Below the pieces are notes generated by a model that did not search any database, was not told the DNA's origin, and saw only the letters and a list, made by a program, of their open reading frames with translations. Shown here piece by piece: positions 52,616 to 62,837 of a stretch of DNA of 64,000 bases. Origin of the DNA: an uncultured delta proteobacterium (GTDB lineage Bacteria; Myxococcota_A; Polyangia; Polyangiales; Polyangiaceae); assembly GCA_963696385.1 (NCBI GenBank), contig CAVOKF010000008.1, positions 1-64,000 on the forward strand. The letters are read 5' to 3'. Made by a program: the position numbers and the translations under genes. Positions within the stretch are counted from its first letter, which is position 1; every line of letters begins with the position of its first letter.

Positions 52616-52879
52616 TCAGGGTCGCGCCGAGGCCTGGGGCCGCTGCAGCGACAGAACCGCACGCGCGACGTCCTCGACCGTGGAAATGTGCTCGAACATT
52701 TCGGCCGAAATGTTGACCCCGAAGTAGCTTTCGACGTCCGAGACGAACTCCATGACCCCGAGGCTGTCCAGACCGAGGTCGTTCTGAATATGGTCCGTCG
52801 GGCGTACTTCCCGCGCCTGGTCCACGTGACGGCGAACCAGCTCGCACGTGATCTTCAGCGACTCGTCGTAGCTGGACAT
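52616..52879 (-). CDS. Acyl carrier protein
   Basis: DLGLDSLGVMEFV..VESYFGVNI. Confidence 0.9.
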   Translation of the reverse strand: MSSYDESLKITCELVRRHVDQAREVRPTDHIQNDLGLDSLGVMEFVSDVESYFGVNISAEMFEHISTVEDVARAVLSLQRPQASARP

Positions 52880-52888
52880 GGGGTGAGG

Positions 52889-53536
52889 TTACCAGCGCCG
52901 AGCCAAGGCGTCATCGATCGAGCGCGCCACGCGGCTGGGCTCGGCGCTGGCCAGCAGTCCGCGGATGAGCGCGACGCCATCGGCTCCCGCCTTGCCACAC
53001 GCGGCTGCGGTCTCTGCCGTGACGCCACCCAGCGCGTAAACGAACGGCCCGCCCCGGGCAATCGACTGCGCGGATCGTAGTGCCTCGAGTCCTCGTTGCG
53101 CCTTGTGCCGGCCAGACAAAGACGGGGACCGTGTACGAAAGATCGGACTGACGAGGACGGCATCGGCACCTTCGTCGCACGCTCGCCGAACGTCGTCGTC
53201 GGTGTGGGCCGCCACAGATACCCAGGCGCGCCGGGCAAACACGGCGCGTGCCTCTTTGACCGATCCCGCGCCACCGCCGAGATGCACGCCGTCGGCTCCG
53301 ACGTCCCGTGCGACCCCCGCATCGCCGTTGACGAAGAGCGCCGCACCGGCCGCACGGGTCGCATCGCGAAGCCGTGCGGCAAACAGCCGCAGACTCACGA
53401 CGGGGCGCGCCTTGTCGCGCAGTTGCACGCCGAACGATCCGCGCGGCAGGGCTCGACCGACGTCGCGCACGCAGCGAAGGATCTGGTCGTCGCCGAACAC
53501 CGGGTCCGTGACGAGCACGATCCGGGGAAGCGTCAT
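52889..53536 (-). CDS. thiE: Thiamine-phosphate synthase / TenI-family protein
   Basis: VQLRDK, GADGVHL, SPIFRT, YALGGV. ATG overlaps the thiG stop. Confidence 0.8.
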   Translation of the reverse strand: MTLPRIVLVTDPVFGDDQILRCVRDVGRALPRGSFGVQLRDKARPVVSLRLFAARLRDATRAAGAALFVNGDAGVARDVGADGVHLGGGAGSVKEARAVFARRAWVSVAAHTDDDVRRACDEGADAVLVSPIFRTRSPSLSGRHKAQRGLEALRSAQSIARGGPFVYALGGVTAETAAACGKAGADGVALIRGLLASAEPSRVARSIDDALARRW

Positions 53537-54447
53537 TCGATGGCGCGCGCGCCGCTCGCTTTGTCGCTCACGGCGCTCGATTGGTCGGCCACCGCGACGC
53601 TCGGTTTGTCGCCCGTCACCGCGATCGCTTTGTCGCCAACCGATCCGATGACTCCTGAAGTCGGGCTCGACGCGTTCGCGTATCGGCGTTTGGGCATTCG
53701 CCCGGCGAGAAACGCTTTGCGTCCCGCGCTCACGGCTTCGCGCATCGCTTCGGCCATCAGGGCCGGATTGCCGGCGTGCGCGATGGCGGTATTGAGCAGA
53801 ACCCCCTGGCAGCCGAGTTCCATCGCGACTGCGACGTCGCTCGCCGTCCCCACGCCCGCATCGACGATGACCGGCACGCGAGCCTGCTCGAGGATGATCT
53901 CCAGGTTGTGAGGGTTGCGAATGCCCAGGCCGCTTCCGATCGGCGCCGCCAGCGGCATGACCGCCGAGCAACCGGCATCTTCGAGCTTGCGGCACAGGAT
54001 CGGATCGTCGATGCAATAGGGCAAGACGACGAACCCTTCGTGGACGAGCTGCCGCGCCGCGACGAGCGTCTGCTCGTTGTCCGGGTAAAGCGTCCTCGGA
54101 TCCCCGATCACCTCGAGTTTGACCATGGGACCTCGAGACGGCGACCGACCATCCTCGGGCGACGCCATCCCGAGGTCGCGCGCCAGCCGCAACGTTCGAA
54201 CCGCCTCGTCGGCCGTAAAACATCCGGCCGTGTTGGGCAACACGATCCACTTCCTTCGCGCGACGAGCGCCATGAGCGACCCGGCCGATCGATCGGCGAG
54301 ATCGACGCGACGCAGTGCGACCGTCACGATCTGCGCGCCGGAAGCGACGATGGCACGCTCGGTCTCGGCCACGTCCTTGTACTTGCCAGTGCCGACGATC
54401 AGCCGGCTCTGGAATTCGTGGCCCGCGATGACGAGAGGATCTTGCAT
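53533..54447 (-). CDS. thiG: Thiazole synthase
   Basis: [43 protein letters not shown]. Confidence 0.95.
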   Translation of the reverse strand: MQDPLVIAGHEFQSRLIVGTGKYKDVAETERAIVASGAQIVTVALRRVDLADRSAGSLMALVARRKWIVLPNTAGCFTADEAVRTLRLARDLGMASPEDGRSPSRGPMVKLEVIGDPRTLYPDNEQTLVAARQLVHEGFVVLPYCIDDPILCRKLEDAGCSAVMPLAAPIGSGLGIRNPHNLEIILEQARVPVIVDAGVGTASDVAVAMELGCQGVLLNTAIAHAGNPALMAEAMREAVSAGRKAFLAGRMPKRRYANASSPTSGVIGSVGDKAIAVTGDKPSVAVADQSSAVSDKASGARAIE

Positions 54448-55343
54448 TGCGCTCCGAGTGTAGCCTCGCCGGCGCCGCGGTCGACCACCGGCGATCGCGG
54501 ATCCCGCCACCGGCGATGAAGCCACAGCCACTGACTCGGAACCTCACGTACGAATCTCTCGAGCGCCCGAGTTGCTTCGACGGTGGCCCGATCGATCCAT
54601 GCACGCCGCGCTCGAACCGGAGGCCAAAGCACGCTCAGGACATGCAACACGTGGTCGCCGTCGTCGCGCCGACGGAATGCCGCTACGACCAGAGGAGCTC
54701 CCGAACGCGCCGCCAGAGCGGCCGGGGCACGGTCCGACCATGCGCCGCGACCCAGAAAATCGACCCGCACCGCATGTCGACACGAGGCCGGGACCTGATC
54801 GATCATCATCGCAACGGCCCCTCCTTTTCGAAGAGTGGCGCGCGCACGCGCCATGGCCCCCGAGGCGGGCGCCAGCGTCACGCCGTGTCGCGTTCGGGTC
54901 GACTGCCAAAAATCGTCCAACGAGGCACTCTTCAACCGCTTCGTGACGACCAAAAGCTGGATCTGCCTCGCCATGGCGCACGCGGCGAGATCCCAATTGC
55001 CCGTGTGCGAAGCCGCGATCACGACGCCCCGCCCCGCGGCCACGGCGCGCGTCCAGACCGCGCGCGAAGACGCGTGCATCGACACATGCTCGGTCGCCTC
55101 CCCGGCGCTGCGCGCGGCCAGCCAAAGAAACTCGGCCGCGGATGTTCCGAGAGATCGGTACATGGCCCGCGCACTTCGGGCGGGATTGCGAACGCCCGCG
55201 GTTCGCAGTCCCCGGTCGACGTGGGATCGTCGGATCCGAAGCACGCTGCCGGCGATCCATCCGATCGCAGCGCCGACCCAGGGCAGGGCCGACCATGGCA
55301 ACCTCCCGACGAGCGCCGTCAGCGCGCGCCATGCCGCAGCCAT
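54399..55343 (-). CDS. Lysophospholipid / lipid A (LpxL/HtrB-family) acyltransferase
   Basis: SHTGNWD (HX4D), [14 protein letters not shown]. Confidence 0.85.
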   Translation of the reverse strand: MAAAWRALTALVGRLPWSALPWVGAAIGWIAGSVLRIRRSHVDRGLRTAGVRNPARSARAMYRSLGTSAAEFLWLAARSAGEATEHVSMHASSRAVWTRAVAAGRGVVIAASHTGNWDLAACAMARQIQLLVVTKRLKSASLDDFWQSTRTRHGVTLAPASGAMARARATLRKGGAVAMMIDQVPASCRHAVRVDFLGRGAWSDRAPAALAARSGAPLVVAAFRRRDDGDHVLHVLSVLWPPVRARRAWIDRATVEATRALERFVREVPSQWLWLHRRWRDPRSPVVDRGAGEATLGAQCKILSSSRATNSRAG

Positions 55344-55361
55344 CGTCGAACGCCGGTCGAC

Positions 55362-55661
55362 TCAGCCGAAACCGGCGCGGCGCGCGACCTTGCCGGCGGT
55401 GGGCTCTCCATCCACGGCGATGGCAAAAACGTCCGATCGGGCGACCACGTAGAGTTCTCGCTTTGGATTGCGCGCGTACACAAGATCGCCGTCTTGCCGG
55501 AGCGCCTCGACCCGCGACACCGTCATGCTCGCCCCGTCGTGAGCGACATGAAGCGTAAGGCCGAGGCCGTCGGGCAGGATGTGCCACCCTTCCCGGTCGC
55601 CCTTCGCACCCACCGCCTTGAGAATCGCATCCATGTGATCGCCGGTCATGACGATGGCCAT
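55362..55661 (-). CDS. Small hypothetical protein
   Basis: Natural-looking 99-aa ORF at the head of the minus-strand operon, ending RRAGFG. Confidence 0.65.
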   Translation of the reverse strand: MAIVMTGDHMDAILKAVGAKGDREGWHILPDGLGLTLHVAHDGASMTVSRVEALRQDGDLVYARNPKRELYVVARSDVFAIAVDGEPTAGKVARRAGFG

Positions 55662-55759
55662 ACCGCGAACCGCGCCGCTCGTCGACGGACGCGGCCGATG
55701 TGCGGCCTTCGACCCGTCGTGCGGACGGCAGCGCGCGACGGCGTCCTGAGTTAGCCTCG

Positions 55760-56581
55760 ATGCGGCTCATCCCGATGACCCGCAACGGATCGGACCGACT
55801 CGCGCAGCCACAACCACAAGCCGTCGTTCTCGAGGGCGTCCACAAGAGCTTCGGGGACACCGAGGTCCTCAAGGGCATCGACATGGTGTGCACCCGAAAT
55901 CAGACGACCTGCGTGGTCGGAGGATCGGGGGCCGGCAAAACGACGCTTCTGCGATTGATCGTCGCACTCGACAAGCCAACGGCCGGGCGCATTTTCATCG
56001 ACGGCGAAGACATCGTGCCGATGGGCGAGCGCGAGCTGAACCGGATCCGTCGAAAGTTCGGCATGGTGTACCAATACGCCGCGTTGTTGGACTCGATCCG
56101 CATCCTGGACAATGTGGCGTTTCCGCTCGTCGAGCACACACGGCTTTCTGCGTCCGAGCGGCGTGACAAGGTCGTCGAAAAGCTTCGAGTGCTCGGGCTC
56201 GACGACAGCATTCTGTCGAAATACCCCTCCGAACTGTCGGGCGGCATGCGCAAGCGCGTGGGTCTCGCGCGCGCTCTCATGCTCGATCCCCAGATCGTGA
56301 TCTACGACGAACCGACCAGCGGTCTCGACCCGCTCACGAGCCGCTCGGTGGATGACCTCATCGACGAAACGAAGCGGCGCTTCCTCGTCACGAGCATCGT
56401 CATTACCCACGACATCGCAAGCTGTTTCCGGATCGCCGATCAAGCCATTCTGATCGACGAAGGCCGCATCGTGGCTCGAGGAACGCCCGCGGAGCTCGCC
56501 CACGGCGACAGCGACGTCGCTCGCGAATTCATCGTCACGTCGGGGGTCGATGTCGACGCCATCACGAGCCACCGACGCTGA
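55760..56581 (+). CDS. ABC transporter ATP-binding protein, MlaF/Mkl family
   Basis: GGSGAGKT, FGMVYQYAALLDS, LSGGMRKR, YDEPTSGLDP, ITHD. Confidence 0.9.
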   Translation: MRLIPMTRNGSDRLAQPQPQAVVLEGVHKSFGDTEVLKGIDMVCTRNQTTCVVGGSGAGKTTLLRLIVALDKPTAGRIFIDGEDIVPMGERELNRIRRKFGMVYQYAALLDSIRILDNVAFPLVEHTRLSASERRDKVVEKLRVLGLDDSILSKYPSELSGGMRKRVGLARALMLDPQIVIYDEPTSGLDPLTSRSVDDLIDETKRRFLVTSIVITHDIASCFRIADQAILIDEGRIVARGTPAELAHGDSDVAREFIVTSGVDVDAITSHRR

Positions 56582-56606
56582 CTGCGCTATCCTGAACGCA
56601 GGAGCG

Positions 56607-57443
56607 ATGCAACCCGTCCTGCCTGCAGCCGCGCCTCCCCCGCAGGGCGATCCTGCGGCGCAGCCCCCGCCGTCGACCGATCCGAAGGCGATCGCGGCGT
56701 TCGTGCTCGGGGTGTTCGGCGTACTCGGCACGTTCTGCGGCATGGGAGTACTGCTCGGCATTCCCGCGATGGTGCTGGGCGCGGTCGCCCATCGGGACAT
56801 CGGTCGATCCGCAGGGGGGCTACTCGGTCGTGGGCTGGCGACCGCGGGGATGATTCTGGGCACGATCGGCTCGCTCCTGTTCTTCGCGTGGGCGTCGACC
56901 GTGGCCTTCCTCCTGATGAGCTCCCCGGTGGCCGCCTCCGCCCCATTGGAGGTCGACGATTCTCCCATCCCGACGTGGCCCTCGAACACCCCCCTCGTTC
57001 CGTCCGACGAAACGGCCCGCGCGCACGGAGTGAGGCTGCATCGGTCCGGCGGCGCGCTGCGCGTCCAGCTCGCGAGGCAGGCCTCGTCGGCGCGCAGCGC
57101 GGGCGAGATCGTGCTCGTCGAGACTCTGGGAGCGAATTGCGGCGCATGCGAAGAAATCGATCTGGCCATGCGCGATCCGGAGCTGCAGGCCGCCCTGTTC
57201 AACGTTCGGCTCGTCGACGTCGATACGGGCGAGTTCCATCCGGAGCTCGGTCGTCTCCGGATGGACGAGGTCGCGGCGCCATGGTTTTACCTGATTGATT
57301 CTCAAGGCGAGCCGCGCGACGCGATCGGCGCCGACGAGTGGGACGACAACGTAGCGGGGAACATTGCGCCGGTCCTGCATGCTTTCGTGCACGGAAAGCT
57401 CCGCACGCGCCGCCACGCGTGGCACGGCGGCGCCACGCTCTGA
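56607..57443 (+). CDS. DUF4190-like membrane domain + thioredoxin-like domain protein
   Basis: AIAAFVLG...GRGLATAGMILG transmembrane hairpin. CGAC CxxC motif in the C-terminal domain. Confidence 0.7.
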   Translation: MQPVLPAAAPPPQGDPAAQPPPSTDPKAIAAFVLGVFGVLGTFCGMGVLLGIPAMVLGAVAHRDIGRSAGGLLGRGLATAGMILGTIGSLLFFAWASTVAFLLMSSPVAASAPLEVDDSPIPTWPSNTPLVPSDETARAHGVRLHRSGGALRVQLARQASSARSAGEIVLVETLGANCGACEEIDLAMRDPELQAALFNVRLVDVDTGEFHPELGRLRMDEVAAPWFYLIDSQGEPRDAIGADEWDDNVAGNIAPVLHAFVHGKLRTRRHAWHGGATL

Positions 57444-57462
57444 TCCACCGGTTCTGGGATCC

Positions 57463-59138
57463 CTAATTTCGCTCGAGCAGCAGATCGTCGGCGGGTTTGT
57501 TGGAAGACGTCGAAACCGCCGGCACGGGGCGCGATGGAGGCGACGGGGACGGACGGGCGAGCTTGGGCGTCGCGGCGGCCGCGCTCGCCGCGGGGGGACT
57601 GTTCGCCGATGCGCTCCCCGACGACCAAGCGGGCGCGCTTGCCGGTGGCGGACCGGTTGTCTTGGGGCCACCCGCGGGCAAATCGCGGGTCTGAGGGGGG
57701 CTGACCCCCGGATCTGTCTTGGGGCCACCCGCCGACAAATCGCGGGTCTGAGGGGGGCTGACCCCCGGATTTGTCTTGGGGCCACCCGCCGACAAATCGA
57801 GGGTCTGAGGGGGGGCGACCCTCGGATCCGTCTTGGGGCCACCCGCCGACAAATCGAGGGTCTGAGGGGGGCGACCCCCGGATCCGTCTTGGGGCCACCC
57901 GCCGACAAATCGAGGGTCTGAGGGGGGGCGACCCCCGGTTCGAGAGCGATTGCGGCGTGCCGTGCGGAGGCCGGGGCAGCGGCACGCGGAGATCGCGATA
58001 CGACGATGAACAGCGCCACGCCGGCCACGGCCGCAAAGGCAAGCGTCGCCACTCCCCGGCGACGCCGAAGAGCCCCGCTGGTTTGTCGGCTCGCGACCGT
58101 CTCGGCATAACCCGACGCGACCTCGCCCTGCGCGGCGGAGGGGCCGACCGAGGCGATCGACCGGCCCGGCGCGCTCCGGCCGGAGCGCGGTGCACTCACG
58201 ATTCGCGCAACGCGATCGACGGCCAGTTTACCCTCGTCGGACGCGAAGGCGCGAAGCGCCTCGGCGAGATTGGCTACGGACTGGAAGCGACGATTCAGGT
58301 CCTTGTCGAGGCACCGCATGATGACGGAGGCAAGCGCGCTCGAAGAATCCGGCCGCCGAGACCGGACAGGCACGGGAGGATCGGCCACGATCTTGGCGCA
58401 CAACCCGGTGACGGTGTCGGCTTCGAACGGCGGCGCCCCGGCGAGAAGCTCGTACAGGATGACCCCGAGAGCCCAGATATCGGTCCGGGTGTCGACGTTC
58501 TTGGTGCTGCGGACCTGCTCCGGCGACATGTAGAGGGGCGAACCGAGAACGGTCGCCGTCGACGTGAGGCTCTGCGCTTGAGCACCCTCGTCCATGGCCT
58601 TCGAGATTCCGAAGTCCAGGACCTTGACCAAGGGCGCGCCGTCCGGTCGCACGGTCAGAAAGAGATTGGACGGTTTGAGGTCGCGGTGCACGATGCCCAC
58701 CCCGTGGGCCTCGGCCACGGCTTCCATGGCTTGGAGGAGGTAGTCCACGGCCTCCGCCACCGGCAGCACGCGGCGGACCTCGAGGACGTGCCCGAGATCC
58801 GTTCCGCTCAGGTGCTCCATCACCATGTAGGGAAGTCCGTCGTCCAGTGCACCCACATCCATGACGCGTACGACGTGGGCGCTCTGGAGCCCGGCGGCCG
58901 CACGCGCTTCGCGCACGAAGCGGTTCACCGCCTCGGGCCCCGATCCGACGCACCGCCGGAGGAGCTTGATCGCGACCGTTTGCCCCAACTGCAGGTGGCG
59001 CGCGGCGACGACAACCCCCATTCCGCCGATGCCGAGCACGCGCTCGACGACGAACTTGCCGCCGATGACGTCGCCCACGGCGGCGAGCCCCTCGGGCATC
59101 TCGGACGCCGTTTCGAGGTCGGCCCCTTCCACCGCCAT
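57463..59138 (-). CDS. Membrane Ser/Thr protein kinase; frameshift inside a C-terminal repeat
   Basis: GIGGMG, VAIK, HRDLKPSN, DFG, YMSPEQ, TM helix. The natural Pro/Ala tail ending DDLLLERN* is reached only after restoring one base at 57866-57871. Confidence 0.9.
57659..57940. repeat. 57-bp intragenic tandem repeat (5 copies; 19-aa unit PGVxPPQTxDLSAGGPKTD)
   Basis: GTCTTGGGGCC at 57659, 57716, 57773, 57830 and 57886 (periods 57, 57, 57, 56). Confidence 0.9.
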
Positions 59139-59175
59139 ACTCCCCACGATACCGAGTCGCGCGGTCCCTCTCAAC

Positions 59176-60108
59176 TCAGCCGCTTGCCCATCGGCTCGAA
59201 AGCGCACGGGCCGCGGACTTCAGCGTCACGAACTCGTAGCCGGCACGCTTCAGGACGTCGACCGCGGCGCGAAGGGCATCGAGCTTCTCGCCGTGCGCCA
59301 CCCGAACGTCCGCACGAACCGAACGAAGGTCCTGCAGCCCGTCGCCGACATCGAGCACGTCGATGCCATGCAGCTCCAGATTGATCATCGGCTGACCGAT
59401 ACAGGCACGGGCAAGCCAGCGAGCCACACGCGATCCCCAGAGGGTCAGCGTCGTGCCAAAGATGGGCAGGCGGGGGCCGCGCGTGACCTGTACGGGAATC
59501 TCCAGCAGACCCCGACCGGGTCGCCAGTAGGGCCGACCGATGCGGTACGGCTGGGTCGGCGACGTCAGCACGAGCGGAGTGTCGACGATCGACCGGCTCC
59601 GGTGCCCGCGCGCCGCGATCAGGCCCATCTTCAGCGTCTTCGCGAGCCAATACGGCGGGCACGGGAAGACCGACGAATCGTACTCGATGCCCATTTCGGT
59701 GAGCACATCGAACACCTCGTCGGAGATAGTGTACCCCGGAGCCCGAAAACCGACGGGGCAGGTCCCGGTCGCGTGCTCGATCGCCCTGGCCCCTTGTTCG
59801 ATTTGACGCGCGATCTCGGCCCGCCCGAGGCGAACGAGGTCGTAGCGGTGATCGAGCGAGTGGTCGGCGACTTCGAACCCCGCTTCGGCCGCCGACCGCA
59901 CTTTTTGCGCGTTTGCCGCGCGCGCCAGGTCGCTTCCGACGGCAAACCAGGTGAGCGGGATCGCCAGCTCTCGGCCGAGGGAGCTCAGTCGATCGAACGC
60001 GACGTCATAGACGAGCGTGCGCGCCGGACCTTGCGGATCCGGCAGGCCGTGAATCGCAAAGTAGTTCGGAATCTCGTCGAGGTCGACGCTCACTGCGCAG
60101 AGGCGCAC
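59176..60108 (-). CDS. Polysaccharide deacetylase family protein
   Basis: SVDLD, EVADHSLDH, GFRAPGY, YDSS. Confidence 0.85.
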   Translation of the reverse strand: MRLCAVSVDLDEIPNYFAIHGLPDPQGPARTLVYDVAFDRLSSLGRELAIPLTWFAVGSDLARAANAQKVRSAAEAGFEVADHSLDHRYDLVRLGRAEIARQIEQGARAIEHATGTCPVGFRAPGYTISDEVFDVLTEMGIEYDSSVFPCPPYWLAKTLKMGLIAARGHRSRSIVDTPLVLTSPTQPYRIGRPYWRPGRGLLEIPVQVTRGPRLPIFGTTLTLWGSRVARWLARACIGQPMINLELHGIDVLDVGDGLQDLRSVRADVRVAHGEKLDALRAAVDVLKRAGYEFVTLKSAARALSSRWASG

Positions 60109-60114
60109 GGGGGA

Positions 60115-61042
60115 TCAACCCTCGATGGTCTTCGCCACCTCGGCGGCAAGGTCTTCTTGCTTCTTCTCGATTCCTTCGCCGAGCGAATAGCGCACGAATG
60201 CGCGAATCGTGACTTCGCCGCCCAGTTTCTTCGCGAGCTGCTGGCGCAGTTTGTCGATCGTGCCCGCCGGCGGATCCCACACGTTGTCCTGTCCGAGCAA
60301 CGTCACCTCGGTGAACCACTTGGCGAGCTTTCCATCCAGAATCTTCGGCCAAGCTTGTTCAGGCTTGCCCTCTTCTTTCAGCTGAGCCTCGAAGATCTCT
60401 CGCTGTTTGGCAACGTCGGCCGGAGCCAGGTCCTCGCGCCGGACGACCGACGGGTTCATCGCCGCGATCTGCAAGGCCACGTTGTCGACGAACGCGCGGA
60501 TGTCATGGTTTCTCGGGTCCGGCCCATCCACGGACACGAGCACCGCCAGCTTGCCGCCAGCGTGAACGTACCCCACGACGAGTCCGCCGGGCTCTTTGGC
60601 CTCGATGGCCGCCCAACGCCGGACGACACAGTTTTCGCCCGTTTTCGCAACGAGCTCTTGGCGCACGGCGTCGATGTTCTTGTCCACCCCCGGATACTTT
60701 TGGGTGCTGAGAATCCGCCCCTTTCGGCAGCTTGCTCGCGACGCTCACCACGTTCTTCACGAACGTCTTGAATTCGTCGCCGCGGGACACGAAGTCGGTC
60801 TGCGAATTGACTTCGACCAAGACGCCCCGCTTGCCGTCCGGCGCGACCCACGCGGCGACCTCTCCCTCAGCCGCCACGCGACCGGCACGTGCCGCGGCTT
60901 TGACGAGCCCTTTCTTCAAGATGATCTCGACGGCCTTCTCCATGTCGCCGCCCCCTTCGACGAGCGCGCTCTTGCAGTCGGCCATTCCGGCTTGCGTGCG
61001 CTCACGAAGCTCTTTGACCATCGAAGCAGTGATTGCGGCCAT
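60115..61042 (-). CDS. tsf: Elongation factor Ts; apparent +1 frameshift at ~60712 (likely sequencing error)
   Basis: [16 protein letters not shown] and EVNSQTDFV in one frame; [20 protein letters not shown] and GEGIEK in the next. Downstream of rpsB. Confidence 0.93.
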
Positions 61043-61087
61043 GACTTACCCTCGGGAATTCTAGAATCGAGTCGCGTGAAAATCCGT

Positions 61088-61939
61088 TCAACTGGGTCGG
61101 TCGCCGTCGTCCCGGCGGACGCGGCTACGAATGACTTCAGCCTGCGGACCGTCGCGGCGGCCCCCGCCCTGATCGCGATCGCCTTCGCGATTCATCGTCT
61201 CCTTGCGACGCTGGGCACCCTCAATCACCGCGTCGGCGATGCCGGCGGTGATGAGCCGGATCGATCGGATCGCGTCGTCGTTGCCGGGGATGACGAAGTT
61301 GACCCTGTCCGGATCGCAATTGGTGTCCGTGATCGCGATGACCGGAACACCAATTTTGTTAGCCTCTTGGACGGCGATGGACTCGCGCGCAGGGTCGATG
61401 ACGAACATGGCGCTCGGAAGCGAACCCATATTTTTCAATCCGCCGAGGTACTTCTCGAACCGCTCGCGCTCTTTCTCGAGTCGAGAGACTTCCTTCTTCG
61501 TAATCGATTGATACGTGCCGTCTTCCTTCATGCGCTCGAGTTGGCGCATTCGCTCCAGGCCCATCTTGATGGTACGGAAGTTCGTCAACGTTCCGCCGAG
61601 CCAGCGGTTGACGACGTAGAAACTGCCGGAGCGAACCGCCTCCTCTTGGACGATTTCCTGCGCCTGGCGCTTGGTGCCGACCATGAGAATGTGGCCGCCG
61701 CGGCCGACGGTGTCGACCACGAAGTGGTGCGCGCGGGCAAAGAGCCGTGCGGTTTGATCGAGGTCGATGATGTGAATGCCGTTGCGTGCGCCGTAGATGA
61801 ACGGACGCATCTTCGGGTTCCAGCGCTTGGTCTGGTGGCCGAAGTGGACCCCCGCGTCGAGCAGCGACCGGAGAGGCAAAGGCACGTCGCCCGGGAGCTG
61901 GGGCAGTCCCTGGGCATTGAGTTCGGTGGGCTGGGTCAT
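61088..61939 (-). CDS. rpsB: 30S ribosomal protein S2
   Basis: [43 protein letters not shown]. Confidence 0.97.
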   Translation of the reverse strand: MTQPTELNAQGLPQLPGDVPLPLRSLLDAGVHFGHQTKRWNPKMRPFIYGARNGIHIIDLDQTARLFARAHHFVVDTVGRGGHILMVGTKRQAQEIVQEEAVRSGSFYVVNRWLGGTLTNFRTIKMGLERMRQLERMKEDGTYQSITKKEVSRLEKERERFEKYLGGLKNMGSLPSAMFVIDPARESIAVQEANKIGVPVIAITDTNCDPDRVNFVIPGNDDAIRSIRLITAGIADAVIEGAQRRKETMNREGDRDQGGGRRDGPQAEVIRSRVRRDDGDRPS

Positions 61940-62072
61940 TCGCGCATCCTTTCGGTTGAGCCTCCACCTTCCTCTCCTCGCCAACGGAGCCGCCGGCCCC
62001 TTCCGCAAGGACGGAGTGGAAACGGGACGGCCCCGCACCGGACGGGGATTCGCGCGGGAAAGTGTGTGGGTT
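61940..62072 (-). ncRNA. rpsB 5' leader (S2 autoregulatory, t44-like RNA)
   Basis: The minus strand carries the conserved CACACAC...GGTG...GGAGGCTCAACC landmarks upstream of rpsB. Confidence 0.6.
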
Positions 62073-62254
62073 GGAGCGGCAAGCGGAATGCCCGCCGCCT
62101 GTTATCGGGGCAGCCAACGTACTCACCGGCTCCGAAAATGCAAGCTAGGGTCGAGTTGTCGGGCGCTACGCGTGCATCGCCCTGCCCCGTTCGCCCTCCC
62201 CCGCGTTTTGCCAATCTGGGCCGGCCGTTGCTCGGTTCGACCGAAAAGGACACC

Positions 62255-62488
62255 ATGCGCCACAAACTGCGCCCGCCGCGCTTCGCGATCGGGCATTGGC
62301 TGGGGTTGGCCCTCACGATGGGATCGTGCGCCTCGGGACAAGCGGCCCGCCTGCCCCTCGGTTTGCCCGCGCCCGTGTACGAAGAGCCTAGCCCGCCCCA
62401 GAGCGATGAGCGGCAGGATGGCGGCGCGACCGCGGGCCCCGGATCCAAGCCCTCCGCGCCGACGACGGGCAACCCCGGGAGAGAATGA
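62255..62488 (+). CDS. Small putative lipoprotein
   Basis: AAGGA RBS, basic N-terminus, hydrophobic stretch, MGSC lipobox-like site, Pro-rich tail. Confidence 0.5.
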   Translation: MRHKLRPPRFAIGHWLGLALTMGSCASGQAARLPLGLPAPVYEEPSPPQSDERQDGGATAGPGSKPSAPTTGNPGRE

Positions 62489-62535
62489 ACACCGCAGTCC
62501 GGCTGGCTCGGACGTCGTGCTAGCGTCCCCCGCCG

Positions 62536-62832
62536 ATGCCGGCTCCGACGATCAATCGCGCGCTCGTGCTTCGCGTGGCCAAACTCGCCTGCCTGTCTCT
62601 GGCCGAGCCAGAGCTCGATCGGTTCACGCACGAGCTCGCGCGGATTGTGGGGTACGTCGAGCAGCTCGATGTTCTCGACACACACGACGTCCCGCCCACG
62701 GCACACATCCAGCTCGACCGCACCCCGTGGCGGGAGGACGAAGAGCGGGCCAGCCTTCCACGCGACGAGGTCCTGTCGCAGGCGCCCCGAGTGGAGGCCG
62801 ACGGTTTCGCCGTACCGGCATTCGTCGAGTGA
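62536..62832 (+). CDS. gatC: Asp/Glu-tRNA amidotransferase subunit C
   Basis: [31 protein letters not shown]....FAVP. Confidence 0.92.
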   Translation: MPAPTINRALVLRVAKLACLSLAEPELDRFTHELARIVGYVEQLDVLDTHDVPPTAHIQLDRTPWREDEERASLPRDEVLSQAPRVEADGFAVPAFVE

Positions 62833-62837
62833 GCGGG

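Noticed and set aside
56820..57462. Kinase C-terminus extending to 56820 (795-aa ORF)
   Set aside because: Results from the frameshift in the repeat and overlaps the DUF4190/thioredoxin gene on the opposite strand.
60115..61042. tsf as a pseudogene or programmed frameshift
   Set aside because: EF-Ts is essential, both halves are well conserved, and deleting one base repairs it. Sequencing error is more likely.
60596..62254. 630-aa plus-strand ORF
   Set aside because: Antisense shadow of tsf/rpsB. Only the last 77 codons (62255-62488) look like a real gene.
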